Shown here: piece by piece, positions 19,839 to 29,222 of the stretch
Layout: every line of letters begins with the position of its first letter
How positions within the stretch are numbered: position 1 is the first letter of the stretch
Source: Candidatus Bathyarchaeota archaeon
Lineage (GTDB): Archaea > Thermoproteota > Bathyarchaeia > Bathyarchaeales > Bathycorpusculaceae
Length of the DNA: 64,000 nt
Direction: 5' to 3'
Assembly: GCA_018396675.1 (NCBI GenBank)
Contig: JAGTQX010000004.1
Coordinates: forward strand, 3,697-67,696
Translations under genes and position numbers: made by a program
The notes under the pieces: model-generated
Databases searched by the model: none
The model's input: the letters and a program-made list of their open reading frames with translations, nothing else
Told to the model about the DNA's origin: nothing

Positions 19839-20456
19839 ATGTTAGGCGAAACTGCCAGAGAAAAGCAGCGGTTAAGAGAAAAAATTTGGCGCGAAATGGA
19901 AAACGCCAAGATAGCTGTTTTTCCGCTTCCATGCCGAGGCAGAATCCCAAACTTTGTTGGAGCTGAAATTGCAGCTGAAAAACTGCGCCAGCTTGAAGTG
20001 TGGAAAAACGCTAGAGTAGTTTTTGTTAGTCCCGATTCGCCGCAGCGCAAAGTAAGAGAAAATGTCTTGAAAGATGGAAAAACTCTCATAATGGCTTCAC
20101 CTAGACTTGAGCGAGGCTTCATCCTAATAGACCCAGCCAGAACAAAGGGAAAAGAACAGTTTGCCTCCACAATAAAAGGCGCCTTCAAATTTGGAGTTGA
20201 AACACAAAGCTTCCCAAAGCCGGACCTCATCGTTGAAGGCTCAGTAGCCGTTGACATAGATGGGCACAGACTTGGAAAAGGTCGCGGCTACGGAGATTTA
20301 GAAATAGCGACCTTGAAAAGAATGTTTGGAGAAATTCCTGTTGCCACCACAGTTCACGACATACAAGTTGTTGAAAATGTCCCGTTTAAAGAGAAGGATG
20401 AAAAAGTTTCGATAATCGTTACACCAACGAGAATAATTCGCTTGACTGATGAATAA
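19839..20456 (+). CDS. 5-formyltetrahydrofolate cyclo-ligase family protein (archaeal/MTHFSD-like)
   Basis: RIPNFVGA, PDSPQ, GSVAVD..G.RLGKGRGYGDLE, TTVHDIQ. Confidence 0.9.
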   Translation: MLGETAREKQRLREKIWREMENAKIAVFPLPCRGRIPNFVGAEIAAEKLRQLEVWKNARVVFVSPDSPQRKVRENVLKDGKTLIMASPRLERGFILIDPARTKGKEQFASTIKGAFKFGVETQSFPKPDLIVEGSVAVDIDGHRLGKGRGYGDLEIATLKRMFGEIPVATTVHDIQVVENVPFKEKDEKVSIIVTPTRIIRLTDE

Positions 20457-20471
20457 TATAAACACGTGCGT

Positions 20472-22340
20472 TCATCGGATTTTTTCTAGAGCTTTGTCAA
20501 CATCGTCTAGTCCAAGCTTTTGGAGCACATCTGACTTTGGTATGCCTTTCTCATCCCAACCCACAAGTTCATAGTATCTGCGTTTTTCTTCTTTTACAAG
20601 CTCTTTGTCAACAGTTTTGCCCTTAAACGGTCCAGATGGCAGAGGTTCATAGAATCGCGGCGGATTTTCATCGTGGATTTCAGGGTTCCATCTCATGTCG
20701 GGTCCACCGAGAAGCAGCATTGCTCTTTGCAGTTGAAGTATGCTCATGGCTTTTGTGCTAACCCAGTCTTCCTTTGTCAGCGCTATTCCAGTCACAGCCT
20801 TGTAAAAGTCGAATACGAACGTGCGTGGCAAACCAAAAACGTTGAAGTAGCAGTATACACCTGAATCGTTGAAACTCATCATGAGTTCGCTTCTGAAATC
20901 GTCCAACGGCATGCAAGCCGTGGAAGTGTGGTCTCCGCCTTGGACGGAGCAAGCGTAAGAGTAAATCTCTGGATAGTCTTTTTCGCTTCTAATGCCATGA
21001 GCCCCAATGCTTATTCCTTTAACCTGCACTGCATACTGCATCAAGTCTAATTGTTTAAGTTTGCCAAGTTTTAGAGCTGCGCGGTAAGTTCCTTCAGCTA
21101 ATATGTCGCCTATGCCCTCTCTGTACGCTATTTTTTTAGCCAGCGCAGCAAAAGCCTCCGCGTCGCCCCACCGCAGTTCTATGCCGCCTAAATCCTCTTT
21201 TGTAAGTATCCCCCTCTGGAAAAGTTCTGCAGCGAAACCCAATATGTTTCCAGTTTGTATGCCGCAAAGTCCCAAATCGTCAACCAGCGAAGCCAAGTAA
21301 ACGTTTTCTTCAGGAGTGAAAAAGCCAAGGTTTGTGCCGACATAAGCTTGAAGTTCATAATCTGGATTATCAGTGATTGCGCCTTTGAACTTTCCAGTTT
21401 TCACAACGGCGATTTTTAGGCAGGTGGTTGGACAGCCGAAGTCGCCCCAATACTGTTTTATCCAAACCCTGTTTTCAAACTGGTCAACTCCGAAGCTTTT
21501 CTCGTCATGCCACTCTTCCTGCCAGTTCCGCACAGGCTCAGAGCTTGTCTTCGCGCCCACCTCATAACCGCCGGAACCGGTTCCCCAACGCCTCCAAAGT
21601 TCACTCTCGTAGGCATTATCACATACTGCTTGAATAAGTTCCTTAACTTTTTCCATGTCAGCAACTTCTGGCAAAGCACTAGTGCCTTTAACAGCTATTG
21701 CCTTAAGTTTTTTCGCGCCCATAACCGCGCCGTAGCCGCCATAACCCGCAGCATGCGTCCACTTGGCTGCAACCACGGCTGTACGCACTTTATTCTCTCC
21801 AGCTGGGCCAATGTAGAGTATTGAAGGCTCTTTCCACTCGCCTTTATGCGGATAACGCGTCCTCAAAAGTTCTCTGCATTCTTTAGTTAAAGCAGAAACA
21901 GTTTGCTTAGCGTCCATGCCCCAAACGTGATTTGCGCTTCGAATTTCAATATCGGCATCCTTAATGAAAACGTATACAGGCTCGTCAGCAGTTCCGGTAA
22001 CTATTATGCCGTCATAGCCAGCGCATTTTAGTTCGACGCCAAACTCGCCGGCAACCGTTGAACCGACAACACCGTTGCTTTGCGGAGACTTGCCTGAAAC
22101 ACAAATTCTTCCGCCTGGGAAAAAACCAGTAAGCGGTCCAGTCAAGAATAGCAGAAGGTTTTCAGGTCCAAGCGGGTCTACGGTTTCCCATTTTCTGCCA
22201 AGCCTGTCCCAAAGTATTTTCGCAGCAAGACCTCTACCGCCAACATAGTCCCTTAAAACGTCATCATTTAATTTTATCTCTCTGAAGTCCTTCTCAGTTA
22301 AGTTAACTTCAAGAAACTTTCCAGCATAACCAGGAATCAT
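20472..22340 (-). CDS. Tungsten oxidoreductase large subunit, WOR5-like (AOR family)
   Basis: GKSPQSNG, HAAGYGGYGAVMG, YWGDFGCPTTC (Asp at the first cluster Cys), DNPDYE, GAHGIRS, GGDHTS. Confidence 0.85.
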   Translation of the reverse strand: MIPGYAGKFLEVNLTEKDFREIKLNDDVLRDYVGGRGLAAKILWDRLGRKWETVDPLGPENLLLFLTGPLTGFFPGGRICVSGKSPQSNGVVGSTVAGEFGVELKCAGYDGIIVTGTADEPVYVFIKDADIEIRSANHVWGMDAKQTVSALTKECRELLRTRYPHKGEWKEPSILYIGPAGENKVRTAVVAAKWTHAAGYGGYGAVMGAKKLKAIAVKGTSALPEVADMEKVKELIQAVCDNAYESELWRRWGTGSGGYEVGAKTSSEPVRNWQEEWHDEKSFGVDQFENRVWIKQYWGDFGCPTTCLKIAVVKTGKFKGAITDNPDYELQAYVGTNLGFFTPEENVYLASLVDDLGLCGIQTGNILGFAAELFQRGILTKEDLGGIELRWGDAEAFAALAKKIAYREGIGDILAEGTYRAALKLGKLKQLDLMQYAVQVKGISIGAHGIRSEKDYPEIYSYACSVQGGDHTSTACMPLDDFRSELMMSFNDSGVYCYFNVFGLPRTFVFDFYKAVTGIALTKEDWVSTKAMSILQLQRAMLLLGGPDMRWNPEIHDENPPRFYEPLPSGPFKGKTVDKELVKEEKRRYYELVGWDEKGIPKSDVLQKLGLDDVDKALEKIR

Positions 22341-22864
22341 AGTAAGTGTTCACCCTCCTCACCATAAATCTTAACAGCTAGACTACGCGTGATTTCCTCC
22401 GGAGTTCGCGCATACAGCCTATAAGGATTATTTCCCCTAGGCACTATCCTAAGCACATTCCATAGCCCTTCTTGACACACTTTTACGCATTGTGGGTCAC
22501 CGCCACATAAGTCGCAAATCAAAATTCTGTTCTCCTTCGGATGCATATGCGGAACCTTGCCAGGACACGCGTCAATACATTTTCCACATCCAATACAAGT
22601 ATTCACGTCAACAATTACTGCGCCGGTTTCCTTGTTTATTGACAAAGAATTTGTTGGACACGCGTCAACGCATGGGTAATCTTCGCATTGAACGCAGAAA
22701 TGGGGAAATTCGACGCCTGGAACAAGCATGAAAACTCTAATTCTTGAGGCTTCGGGCCATATGCGGTTTTCATGAAAGAGTGAGCAAGCGATTTCGCATT
22801 TTCTGCAGCCGCTACATTTTGAAAGGTCGCGGGCAATCCATATGGCTTCATGTTTCTCCGACAA
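22337..22864 (-). CDS. Polyferredoxin small subunit of the adjacent WOR
   Basis: CSGCRKCEIAC, CVQCEDYPCVDACP, CIGCGKCIDACP, CDLC...CVKVC; 4-nt overlap with the large subunit. Confidence 0.92.
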   Translation of the reverse strand: MSEKHEAIWIARDLSKCSGCRKCEIACSLFHENRIWPEASRIRVFMLVPGVEFPHFCVQCEDYPCVDACPTNSLSINKETGAVIVDVNTCIGCGKCIDACPGKVPHMHPKENRILICDLCGGDPQCVKVCQEGLWNVLRIVPRGNNPYRLYARTPEEITRSLAVKIYGEEGEHLL

Positions 22865-22997
22865 ACCGCTTAAACCTCCAACATGTTTCAGAAAAATGTG
22901 ATGAGCAAACTACAATTTAAAATTTGACCAAGAGAGCCTTACACAATGTCTTATAAGCATAACTGTGCCTAGTAGAAAAAATGGGACGGTAAAGCGG

Positions 22998-23633
22998 ATG
23001 GCGTTTGAAGACTTAATTGGCTGGCTGATGGAATCGTTCATGAGCCTTCAATACGTTGGAGTGTTCCTAATAAGTCTAATAGGGTCGCTCTCAATCCTTT
23101 TTCCAATACCTTACACTGTCGTAATTTTCACGCTTGGAAAAACTCTAGAACCATTACTTATTGCCGTAGCAGCAGGGTTAGGCTCCGCCATAGGTGAGTT
23201 TTCGGGATATGCTCTCGGTTGGGGAGGCAGAAAAGCAATAAGTGACAAGTATAGAAAGAAAATGGAGTTTTTGGCGAAAGCCTTTGACCGATACGGTCCA
23301 TGGGCAGTATTTTTGTTTGCTTTAACTCCATTGCCTGATGATTTGCTTTTCATACCTTTAGGTGTAATGCGTTATAAGATAACTAAAGTTTTCATTCCAG
23401 CCCTTCTAGGCAAGTTTCTCATGAGCCTTATTGTGGCGTATAGCGGCCGCTTCACAATTACGATAATTGAGAACATTTTTGGAGTTGAAAGCAGCTTTAC
23501 ATCCGCAATAATCGGCACAGTTATCGCCGTAATCTTACTCCTAATAATTCTTGTTATCATGTTTAAAGTGGACTGGGAAAAAAGGTTTGGAAAATATATA
23601 GTCAAAAAAGAGGATAGTGAACAAAAAGCTTGA
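22998..23633 (+). CDS. DedA/VTT (SNARE-associated) membrane protein
   Basis: GSAIGEFSGYALG, FALTPLPDD...PLG; several hydrophobic helices. Confidence 0.9.
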   Translation: MAFEDLIGWLMESFMSLQYVGVFLISLIGSLSILFPIPYTVVIFTLGKTLEPLLIAVAAGLGSAIGEFSGYALGWGGRKAISDKYRKKMEFLAKAFDRYGPWAVFLFALTPLPDDLLFIPLGVMRYKITKVFIPALLGKFLMSLIVAYSGRFTITIIENIFGVESSFTSAIIGTVIAVILLLIILVIMFKVDWEKRFGKYIVKKEDSEQKA

Positions 23634-24937
23634 GAATCATAGCCGATTTGCACATTCACGGGCGTTACAGCCGCGCAACAAGTCAAAACATGAGCATTAC
23701 CGAGATTGCCCGCTTCGCGAAGATTAAAGGGTTAAGCCTTGTTGGAACCGGAGACTTTACACATCCAAAATGGTTAAAGGAACTACAAGAGACGTTAATT
23801 CAAGACGGAGAAACAGGATTATACATTGTTGCAGAAACACAGAAGAAAACTGCTAAAGCACCAGTTTATTTTATGGTAACTGGGGAAGTAAGCACAATAT
23901 TTGCGTTTGGTGACGACATAAAAAAGGTTCATCACGTTATACTAACGCCAAGCATAGAGACAGCCATTCAGATAAACGAGAGACTAACCAAATACGGTGA
24001 CTTGAATGCTGACGGTAGACCAACATTAAACATGAGCGCACCGCAACTAGTTGAGGAAATCATGGAAATTTCAAAAGATAACATGATTTTCCCAGCCCAC
24101 GCGTGGACGCCTTGGTTCAGCATTTTTGGAGCTTTCAGCGGTTTTGACAGTGTGGAAGACTGCTATCAAGACATGACAAAACACATTCACGCACTTGAAA
24201 CTGGGCTCTCTTCGGATCCGCCAATGAACTGGCGCTTAAGCCGTTTAGACAGGTTCACATTAGTTTCAAACAGCGACAGCCACAGTTTTTGGCCTTGGCG
24301 CATGGGAAGAGAAGCAAACGTTTTCGAATTTGAAAAGGTAAGCTATAAGGAGATAGTGGATGCCATACGCACAAAGGACAAGAAAAGGTTCAAGTTTACA
24401 GTTGAAACAGACCCAGCGTATGGAAAATATCACTGGACTGGGCACAGAAACTGTCATGTGTCGCTTTCGCCCAAGGAGGCTATAAAGCTTGGGAATATTT
24501 GCCCCGTCTGTCGCAGAAAACTCACAAAAGGTGTTGAACAACGCGTAGAAGAGCTTGCCGACCGCCCAGCGGACTACAAACCAGAAAACGCGATAGGTTT
24601 CATGCATTTACTCCCGCTTTCTGAAATAATCGCAACGATTTTGGGAGTTGACTCCCCTTCAACGCGTCAAGTCTGGGAAGTTTACAACAGAATTATTGAA
24701 AAATTCGGAGACGAATACTACGTGTTGATTGAGGCGCCAAGAGAAGCGTTAACAGATGTTGTTGACGAGAAAATTACGGAAGCAATAATACGGGTTAGAG
24801 AAGACCGGATAAAGGTTGTACCTGGATATGATGGCGTGTATGGGCAGCCTATTATATTTGAAGAAGAGGCTTCTACAAAAAAGTCGAAATCGTTTCCAGC
24901 AAAAGTTCAACAGTTGAATCTTACAGACTTCATTTAG
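23630..24937 (+). CDS. Endonuclease Q (PHP-domain DNA repair endonuclease)
   Basis: DLHIHGRYSRATS, GTGDFTHP, PAHAWTPWFS, ETGLSSD, SNSDSHS, GKYH, CPVC, PGYDGVYG and a C-terminal PIP box QLNLTDF. Confidence 0.93.
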   Translation: MRIIADLHIHGRYSRATSQNMSITEIARFAKIKGLSLVGTGDFTHPKWLKELQETLIQDGETGLYIVAETQKKTAKAPVYFMVTGEVSTIFAFGDDIKKVHHVILTPSIETAIQINERLTKYGDLNADGRPTLNMSAPQLVEEIMEISKDNMIFPAHAWTPWFSIFGAFSGFDSVEDCYQDMTKHIHALETGLSSDPPMNWRLSRLDRFTLVSNSDSHSFWPWRMGREANVFEFEKVSYKEIVDAIRTKDKKRFKFTVETDPAYGKYHWTGHRNCHVSLSPKEAIKLGNICPVCRRKLTKGVEQRVEELADRPADYKPENAIGFMHLLPLSEIIATILGVDSPSTRQVWEVYNRIIEKFGDEYYVLIEAPREALTDVVDEKITEAIIRVREDRIKVVPGYDGVYGQPIIFEEEASTKKSKSFPAKVQQLNLTDFI

Positions 24938-25029
24938 GTGGTGGTGTGATGTTTTTGGCGTGTATTTGTGTTGTGCATATGCACGGCAACACTTATTAAG
25001 TCGCAATACACTCGATACCTAGATCAACC

Positions 25030-25362
25030 ATGCAAACAATAACACAACAAAAGCGTGAAGACCAAAAAATTTCAAAAATAGTAGACCGCGTACTGACACA
25101 AGTTTTCGGTGAAGAAGCCACACACTTAATTTATCGCTATCTAGAAAGCAACTATGCCGTCAAAAGAAACGAAATAGCCGACAAAATAGACTTGTTCGCA
25201 AAAGGACTTGAAGACTTCTTGAGAACAGGAGCCTATGTTGTCGAACGCAAAATCTTGGACGATATCTACTCAAGCTATGGACTTCTCCGAAGACTGGAAA
25301 TCGAACGGGCAAAAGAAAATGATTTCGCAAGCCAAGTTAAGCTGCTAATGCGAAAAGCCTAA
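25030..25362 (+). CDS. Small helical protein, DUF3227-like
   Basis: VDRVLTQVFGEEA..IY.YLE...EI.DK...F..GLE..L..GA..VE..I pattern; TTATTAA box upstream. Confidence 0.65.
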   Translation: MQTITQQKREDQKISKIVDRVLTQVFGEEATHLIYRYLESNYAVKRNEIADKIDLFAKGLEDFLRTGAYVVERKILDDIYSSYGLLRRLEIERAKENDFASQVKLLMRKA

Positions 25363-25499
25363 CACACAAGATTAGGTCACGCTCCCAACTTTAAAACGCC
25401 GTTTTATTTTAACCACATTTACCGTTGGATAAATCTTATTAGTATCTTTCATGACTAAATCTTTTCCAAAGCTTTATACAAACATAAGGAAGGTAAACG

Positions 25500-26885
25500 T
25501 TGAAGGACACTCTATCTAAAGTTGTTGATGTAGCCGTACAAAAGTTTGGTGCCGAGTATGCTGAAATAAGGGCGCAGAAACTTTTCAAAACCATGCTAAC
25601 AATTAAAGAAGAACGCGTAGAAGCCGCAAGAGAAGGAATAGAAAACGGTGCGGCATTACGAGTCCTCATCAATGGTGCGTGGGGTTTCGCTTCAGTCGGC
25701 TCGTTTAACGCTGAAAAACTGGTTAACGCGGTTTGCGACGCTTGCAAAATGGCAAAAGCCGCCAGTTTAAAGCTTAAAACACCTATAAAACTTGTTGAAT
25801 ACAAAACCTTTGAAGACCGGGTCACGGCGAAACCCAAAAAAGACCCATCAAAAATCTCAATAGAAGAAAAACTAAAAACAACATTAGCAATCGCTGAAAC
25901 AACACTGAAGCATGACAAACGCGTTAAAAGCTGCACGATAGACTACTTGGATTTGGTTGGAACCAGCTACTTCCTAAACAACGAGGGCACATACATTGAA
26001 AATGATAAGCTCTATGTCTGGTCAAGAATATTGGCAACAGCGAAAGAAGGCGACATATTTACGTTTAGCCGCGAGGAAATAGGCTCAACAGCTGGTTACG
26101 AAATATTCGACGCGGAAACGCCAGAAATTGTCGGCGAAAGAGTTGCAAAAAGAGCGGTAAACCAACTAAAAGCAAAAATGCCTAAAGGCGGAACATTTCC
26201 AGTTGTTTTGGGACCAAATGTCGTCGGGGTCTTCGTTCACGAAGCTTTTGGACATTTGGCAGAAGCCGACTTAACATTGTCCGGCTCTGTACTGATGGAC
26301 AAACTTGGCAAAAAAATAGCTTCAGAAATAGTGACGATTTATGATGACGGAACAGTTGAAGGCGCCTTTGGCTCTTTCAAATATGATGATGAAGGCGTTC
26401 CAACGCAGAAAACACTGCTAGTTAAGGATGGTGTTGTTGTTGGACTCATGCATAACCGTGAAACTGCACAGAAACTTAAAGCAAACCCAACCGGCAATTC
26501 AAGAGCTGAAGATTTCCGCGTTGAGCCCTTAATAAGAATGCGCAACACCTTCATGGAACCAAAAGAACATTCTTTTGAAGAACTCATAGAAAAAATAAAG
26601 TTTGGCTACTATTTCAAAAGTTTTAGAGGCGGCCAAGCAAACATAGACGGCACATTCCAAGTCGGCATACAAGAAGGTTACGAAATAATCAACGGCGAAA
26701 TCGGCGAACCTGTACGCAACGCTTCAATAAGCGGAAACACGCTTGAAACGCTTAACAAAGTCGACGCTGTTGGAAAAGATTTTGAACTTTGGCCTGGAAG
26801 ATGCGGAAAGGGCCAAACCGCCTTCGTATGTGATGGAGGACCACACATTAGGGTGAGAGAGGTGATTGTTGGTGGCGGCGCTTAA
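25500..26885 (+). CDS. tldD: TldD metalloprotease
   Basis: HEAFGHLAEAD (HExxxH), YDDEG, RMRNTF, RCGKGQ, GGPH. Confidence 0.95.
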   Translation: MKDTLSKVVDVAVQKFGAEYAEIRAQKLFKTMLTIKEERVEAAREGIENGAALRVLINGAWGFASVGSFNAEKLVNAVCDACKMAKAASLKLKTPIKLVEYKTFEDRVTAKPKKDPSKISIEEKLKTTLAIAETTLKHDKRVKSCTIDYLDLVGTSYFLNNEGTYIENDKLYVWSRILATAKEGDIFTFSREEIGSTAGYEIFDAETPEIVGERVAKRAVNQLKAKMPKGGTFPVVLGPNVVGVFVHEAFGHLAEADLTLSGSVLMDKLGKKIASEIVTIYDDGTVEGAFGSFKYDDEGVPTQKTLLVKDGVVVGLMHNRETAQKLKANPTGNSRAEDFRVEPLIRMRNTFMEPKEHSFEELIEKIKFGYYFKSFRGGQANIDGTFQVGIQEGYEIINGEIGEPVRNASISGNTLETLNKVDAVGKDFELWPGRCGKGQTAFVCDGGPHIRVREVIVGGGA

Positions 26886-28233
26886 AGAAGAAATAATAAG
26901 CATGGCAGAAAAAGCCGTGAATCTCGCGTTAAAGAGAGGCGCTGATGAAGCGGAAATATTCGTTTATGAAGGACTCACAGCCATATCAGCAATTGAAAGG
27001 GGGCAAATCACCAAAAGCTCTAGAATAATTGACCGTGGACTTGCAGCGAGAGTTGTTAAAAACAAAGCAGTTGGCTTTTCCTACACGAACATTTTGGAAA
27101 ACACAGCGGCAGTCGACGAAACCGTCCTAAAATCGTTAAAATCCGCGAAAGCAAGCAAACCGGACAGAGACTGGAAGGGCTTTCCAACAAAGAAACCGGT
27201 CGCCAACGTAAAAAACACTTTTGACAACGCTGTTTATGAACTTTCTTCAGAAGATCTGGTGCAAATGGCTTCAACGATGTTGGAATCTGCTGAAAAAACG
27301 GATAAACGTGTTTTTCCAATAGAGGGTGGCGTCGGAGCATCCTATTTGTCCAGAACCGTTGTAAACTCCAATGGTGTTGAGTGTTTTGATTACGGAACAA
27401 TGATCGAATGCAGCCTAGCGACAGTCGCGCAACAAAGCGGCGAAGTAACACCAGTATGTTTTGAGTTTGGAGCTGAAAGACTTAACAAGATAGACCCAGA
27501 ATGGATAGGCAAAGAAGCGGCTCGCCTCGCAGCTTCAGCTTTAAAAGCCAAAAAAACTGAAACAAAAAACACGAAAGTTATTTTCGCCCAATTCGCTCTT
27601 TACGAGCTTTTAAGTTACACGTTAATGAACGCTGTTAACGCGGATTACGTGCAACGAAACCAATCTGCATTTAAAGGTAAAATAGGCGAGAAAGTGGCCT
27701 CTGAAAACGTGACGATCTATGACAATGGTTTGTTAGAAGGCGGACTTCGAACGTGGAAATTCGACGGCGAAGGAGTACCACAGCAGAAGACAACCATAAT
27801 AGAAAAGGGCGTACTGCGCAACTTCATATATGACACTTACACTGCTAACAAAGAAGAAAAAGAAAGCACTGGAAACGCTTTCAGAGCGGGCTACTTATCA
27901 ACACCAAACATTGAAACAACAAATTTTCATTTCATCCCTGGAAAAAAATCACCAGAAGAAATGATAAGCGGAATTGACGACGGTCTCCTTGTTTACGCGC
28001 TTCAAGGAGCACACAGCAGCAACCCGGCGAGCGGAGAATTCTCTGTCGTGGCGACTCCAACATGGAAAATCGAAAAAGGCAGAATCACTAACGCCGTAAA
28101 AGGAGCCATGCTGGCTGGCAACATTTTCGATTTGATGAAAAACATTTCAGCATTAGCTAACAATGAAAGAAAAACCGGATCACTTGTTGCACCTTGGATT
28201 CTTGCAGAAAACGTTAAAGTTATCGGAAAGTAA
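26872..28233 (+). CDS. pmbA: TldE/PmbA partner subunit
   Basis: GADEAE, FDGEG, STGNA, SGEFS; no HExxxH; overlaps tldD; GAGGTGAT SD. Confidence 0.93.
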   Translation: MAALKEEIISMAEKAVNLALKRGADEAEIFVYEGLTAISAIERGQITKSSRIIDRGLAARVVKNKAVGFSYTNILENTAAVDETVLKSLKSAKASKPDRDWKGFPTKKPVANVKNTFDNAVYELSSEDLVQMASTMLESAEKTDKRVFPIEGGVGASYLSRTVVNSNGVECFDYGTMIECSLATVAQQSGEVTPVCFEFGAERLNKIDPEWIGKEAARLAASALKAKKTETKNTKVIFAQFALYELLSYTLMNAVNADYVQRNQSAFKGKIGEKVASENVTIYDNGLLEGGLRTWKFDGEGVPQQKTTIIEKGVLRNFIYDTYTANKEEKESTGNAFRAGYLSTPNIETTNFHFIPGKKSPEEMISGIDDGLLVYALQGAHSSNPASGEFSVVATPTWKIEKGRITNAVKGAMLAGNIFDLMKNISALANNERKTGSLVAPWILAENVKVIGK

Positions 28234-28265
28234 AATAACCTAAACTGCGATTAACACCAGTAAAA

Positions 28266-29216
28266 GTGGCGATAAAATTGAACCTTGACATTAAAAAGAA
28301 GCTGATGAAAAATAACACTGCACGCAGAATAATTCAATTCTTGTCATTTGTGTTTTTCAGCGCGATAATATTTAATTTAGGCTCTTTGCCGCTTTTGCTT
28401 CCTGTTCTGTGGACTTGGGGACTTCAACAAAACACTGTTGGAGACGCCTTCACAGCATTGCAGCTAATGTTAAGCGGATGGCAACAATCAGCGCCGGTGT
28501 TTCCATGGCTCGCAATAGCCTCATTTCTTCTAGTTGGCATTTTAATTGGCAAGTCTCTTTGCGGGTGGGTTTGCCCATTCGGTTTTATCCAAGACCTAGT
28601 AGACTTCATCAAAGCTAAGAAAATGGAAATCTCACCCAAGACTAATCAAGAAATCGCGTATGTAAAATATTTCATTCTTGGAATTGCACTGTTTATCAGC
28701 ATAACTTTTTCAGCAACAAAACTTTTAGGAACACACAGTTCATACGAAAGAGCGATGGGCATTTTTGCCTATGCACCGTTTACTGCTATTAGTCCAGCAG
28801 AGACATTATTCGCAACACTACCCAGAATGATTCAAGGATTTGTAAACGCGGTGATGGAGAAGCCGGTTATGGATGTTCTTTCTGGAATTTTAGATTTGTC
28901 TCCTATCTTCTGGGTTCAACTGTTCATCCTTATCGGCGTTCTGATTCTTGCCGCTTATGTTCCACGGGGATGGTGTAGATACTTATGTCCTCATGGAGCG
29001 ATAATGGCGGTTTTAAACAGGTTTAGCTTCATTGGCTTACGAAGAGACCCAGTTAAATGCGTAAAAGGCGAATGCCGCGAATGCGTTAAGGCTTGCCCCA
29101 TGCAAGTTCGTATACTTGAGCTCCCATGGGAAAAGTTCAGTGATCCAGAATGCATCTACTGCTTGAAATGTGCCGATGCATGCCCAAACAAGGCGATAAA
29201 AATAAAGTATCCATAA
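28266..29216 (+). CDS. Membrane 4Fe-4S protein, NapH/MauN-like
   Basis: CGWVCPFG and WCRYLCPHG membrane motifs plus a C-terminal ferredoxin domain (CRECVKACP, CIYCLKCADACP). Confidence 0.9.
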   Translation: MAIKLNLDIKKKLMKNNTARRIIQFLSFVFFSAIIFNLGSLPLLLPVLWTWGLQQNTVGDAFTALQLMLSGWQQSAPVFPWLAIASFLLVGILIGKSLCGWVCPFGFIQDLVDFIKAKKMEISPKTNQEIAYVKYFILGIALFISITFSATKLLGTHSSYERAMGIFAYAPFTAISPAETLFATLPRMIQGFVNAVMEKPVMDVLSGILDLSPIFWVQLFILIGVLILAAYVPRGWCRYLCPHGAIMAVLNRFSFIGLRRDPVKCVKGECRECVKACPMQVRILELPWEKFSDPECIYCLKCADACPNKAIKIKYP

Positions 29217-29222
29217 GCACTG

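Noticed and set aside
22895..22930. GTGATGA (C-box-like) in the intergenic region
   Set aside because: No CTGA D box at a suitable distance; the region fits the promoter of the WOR small-subunit gene.
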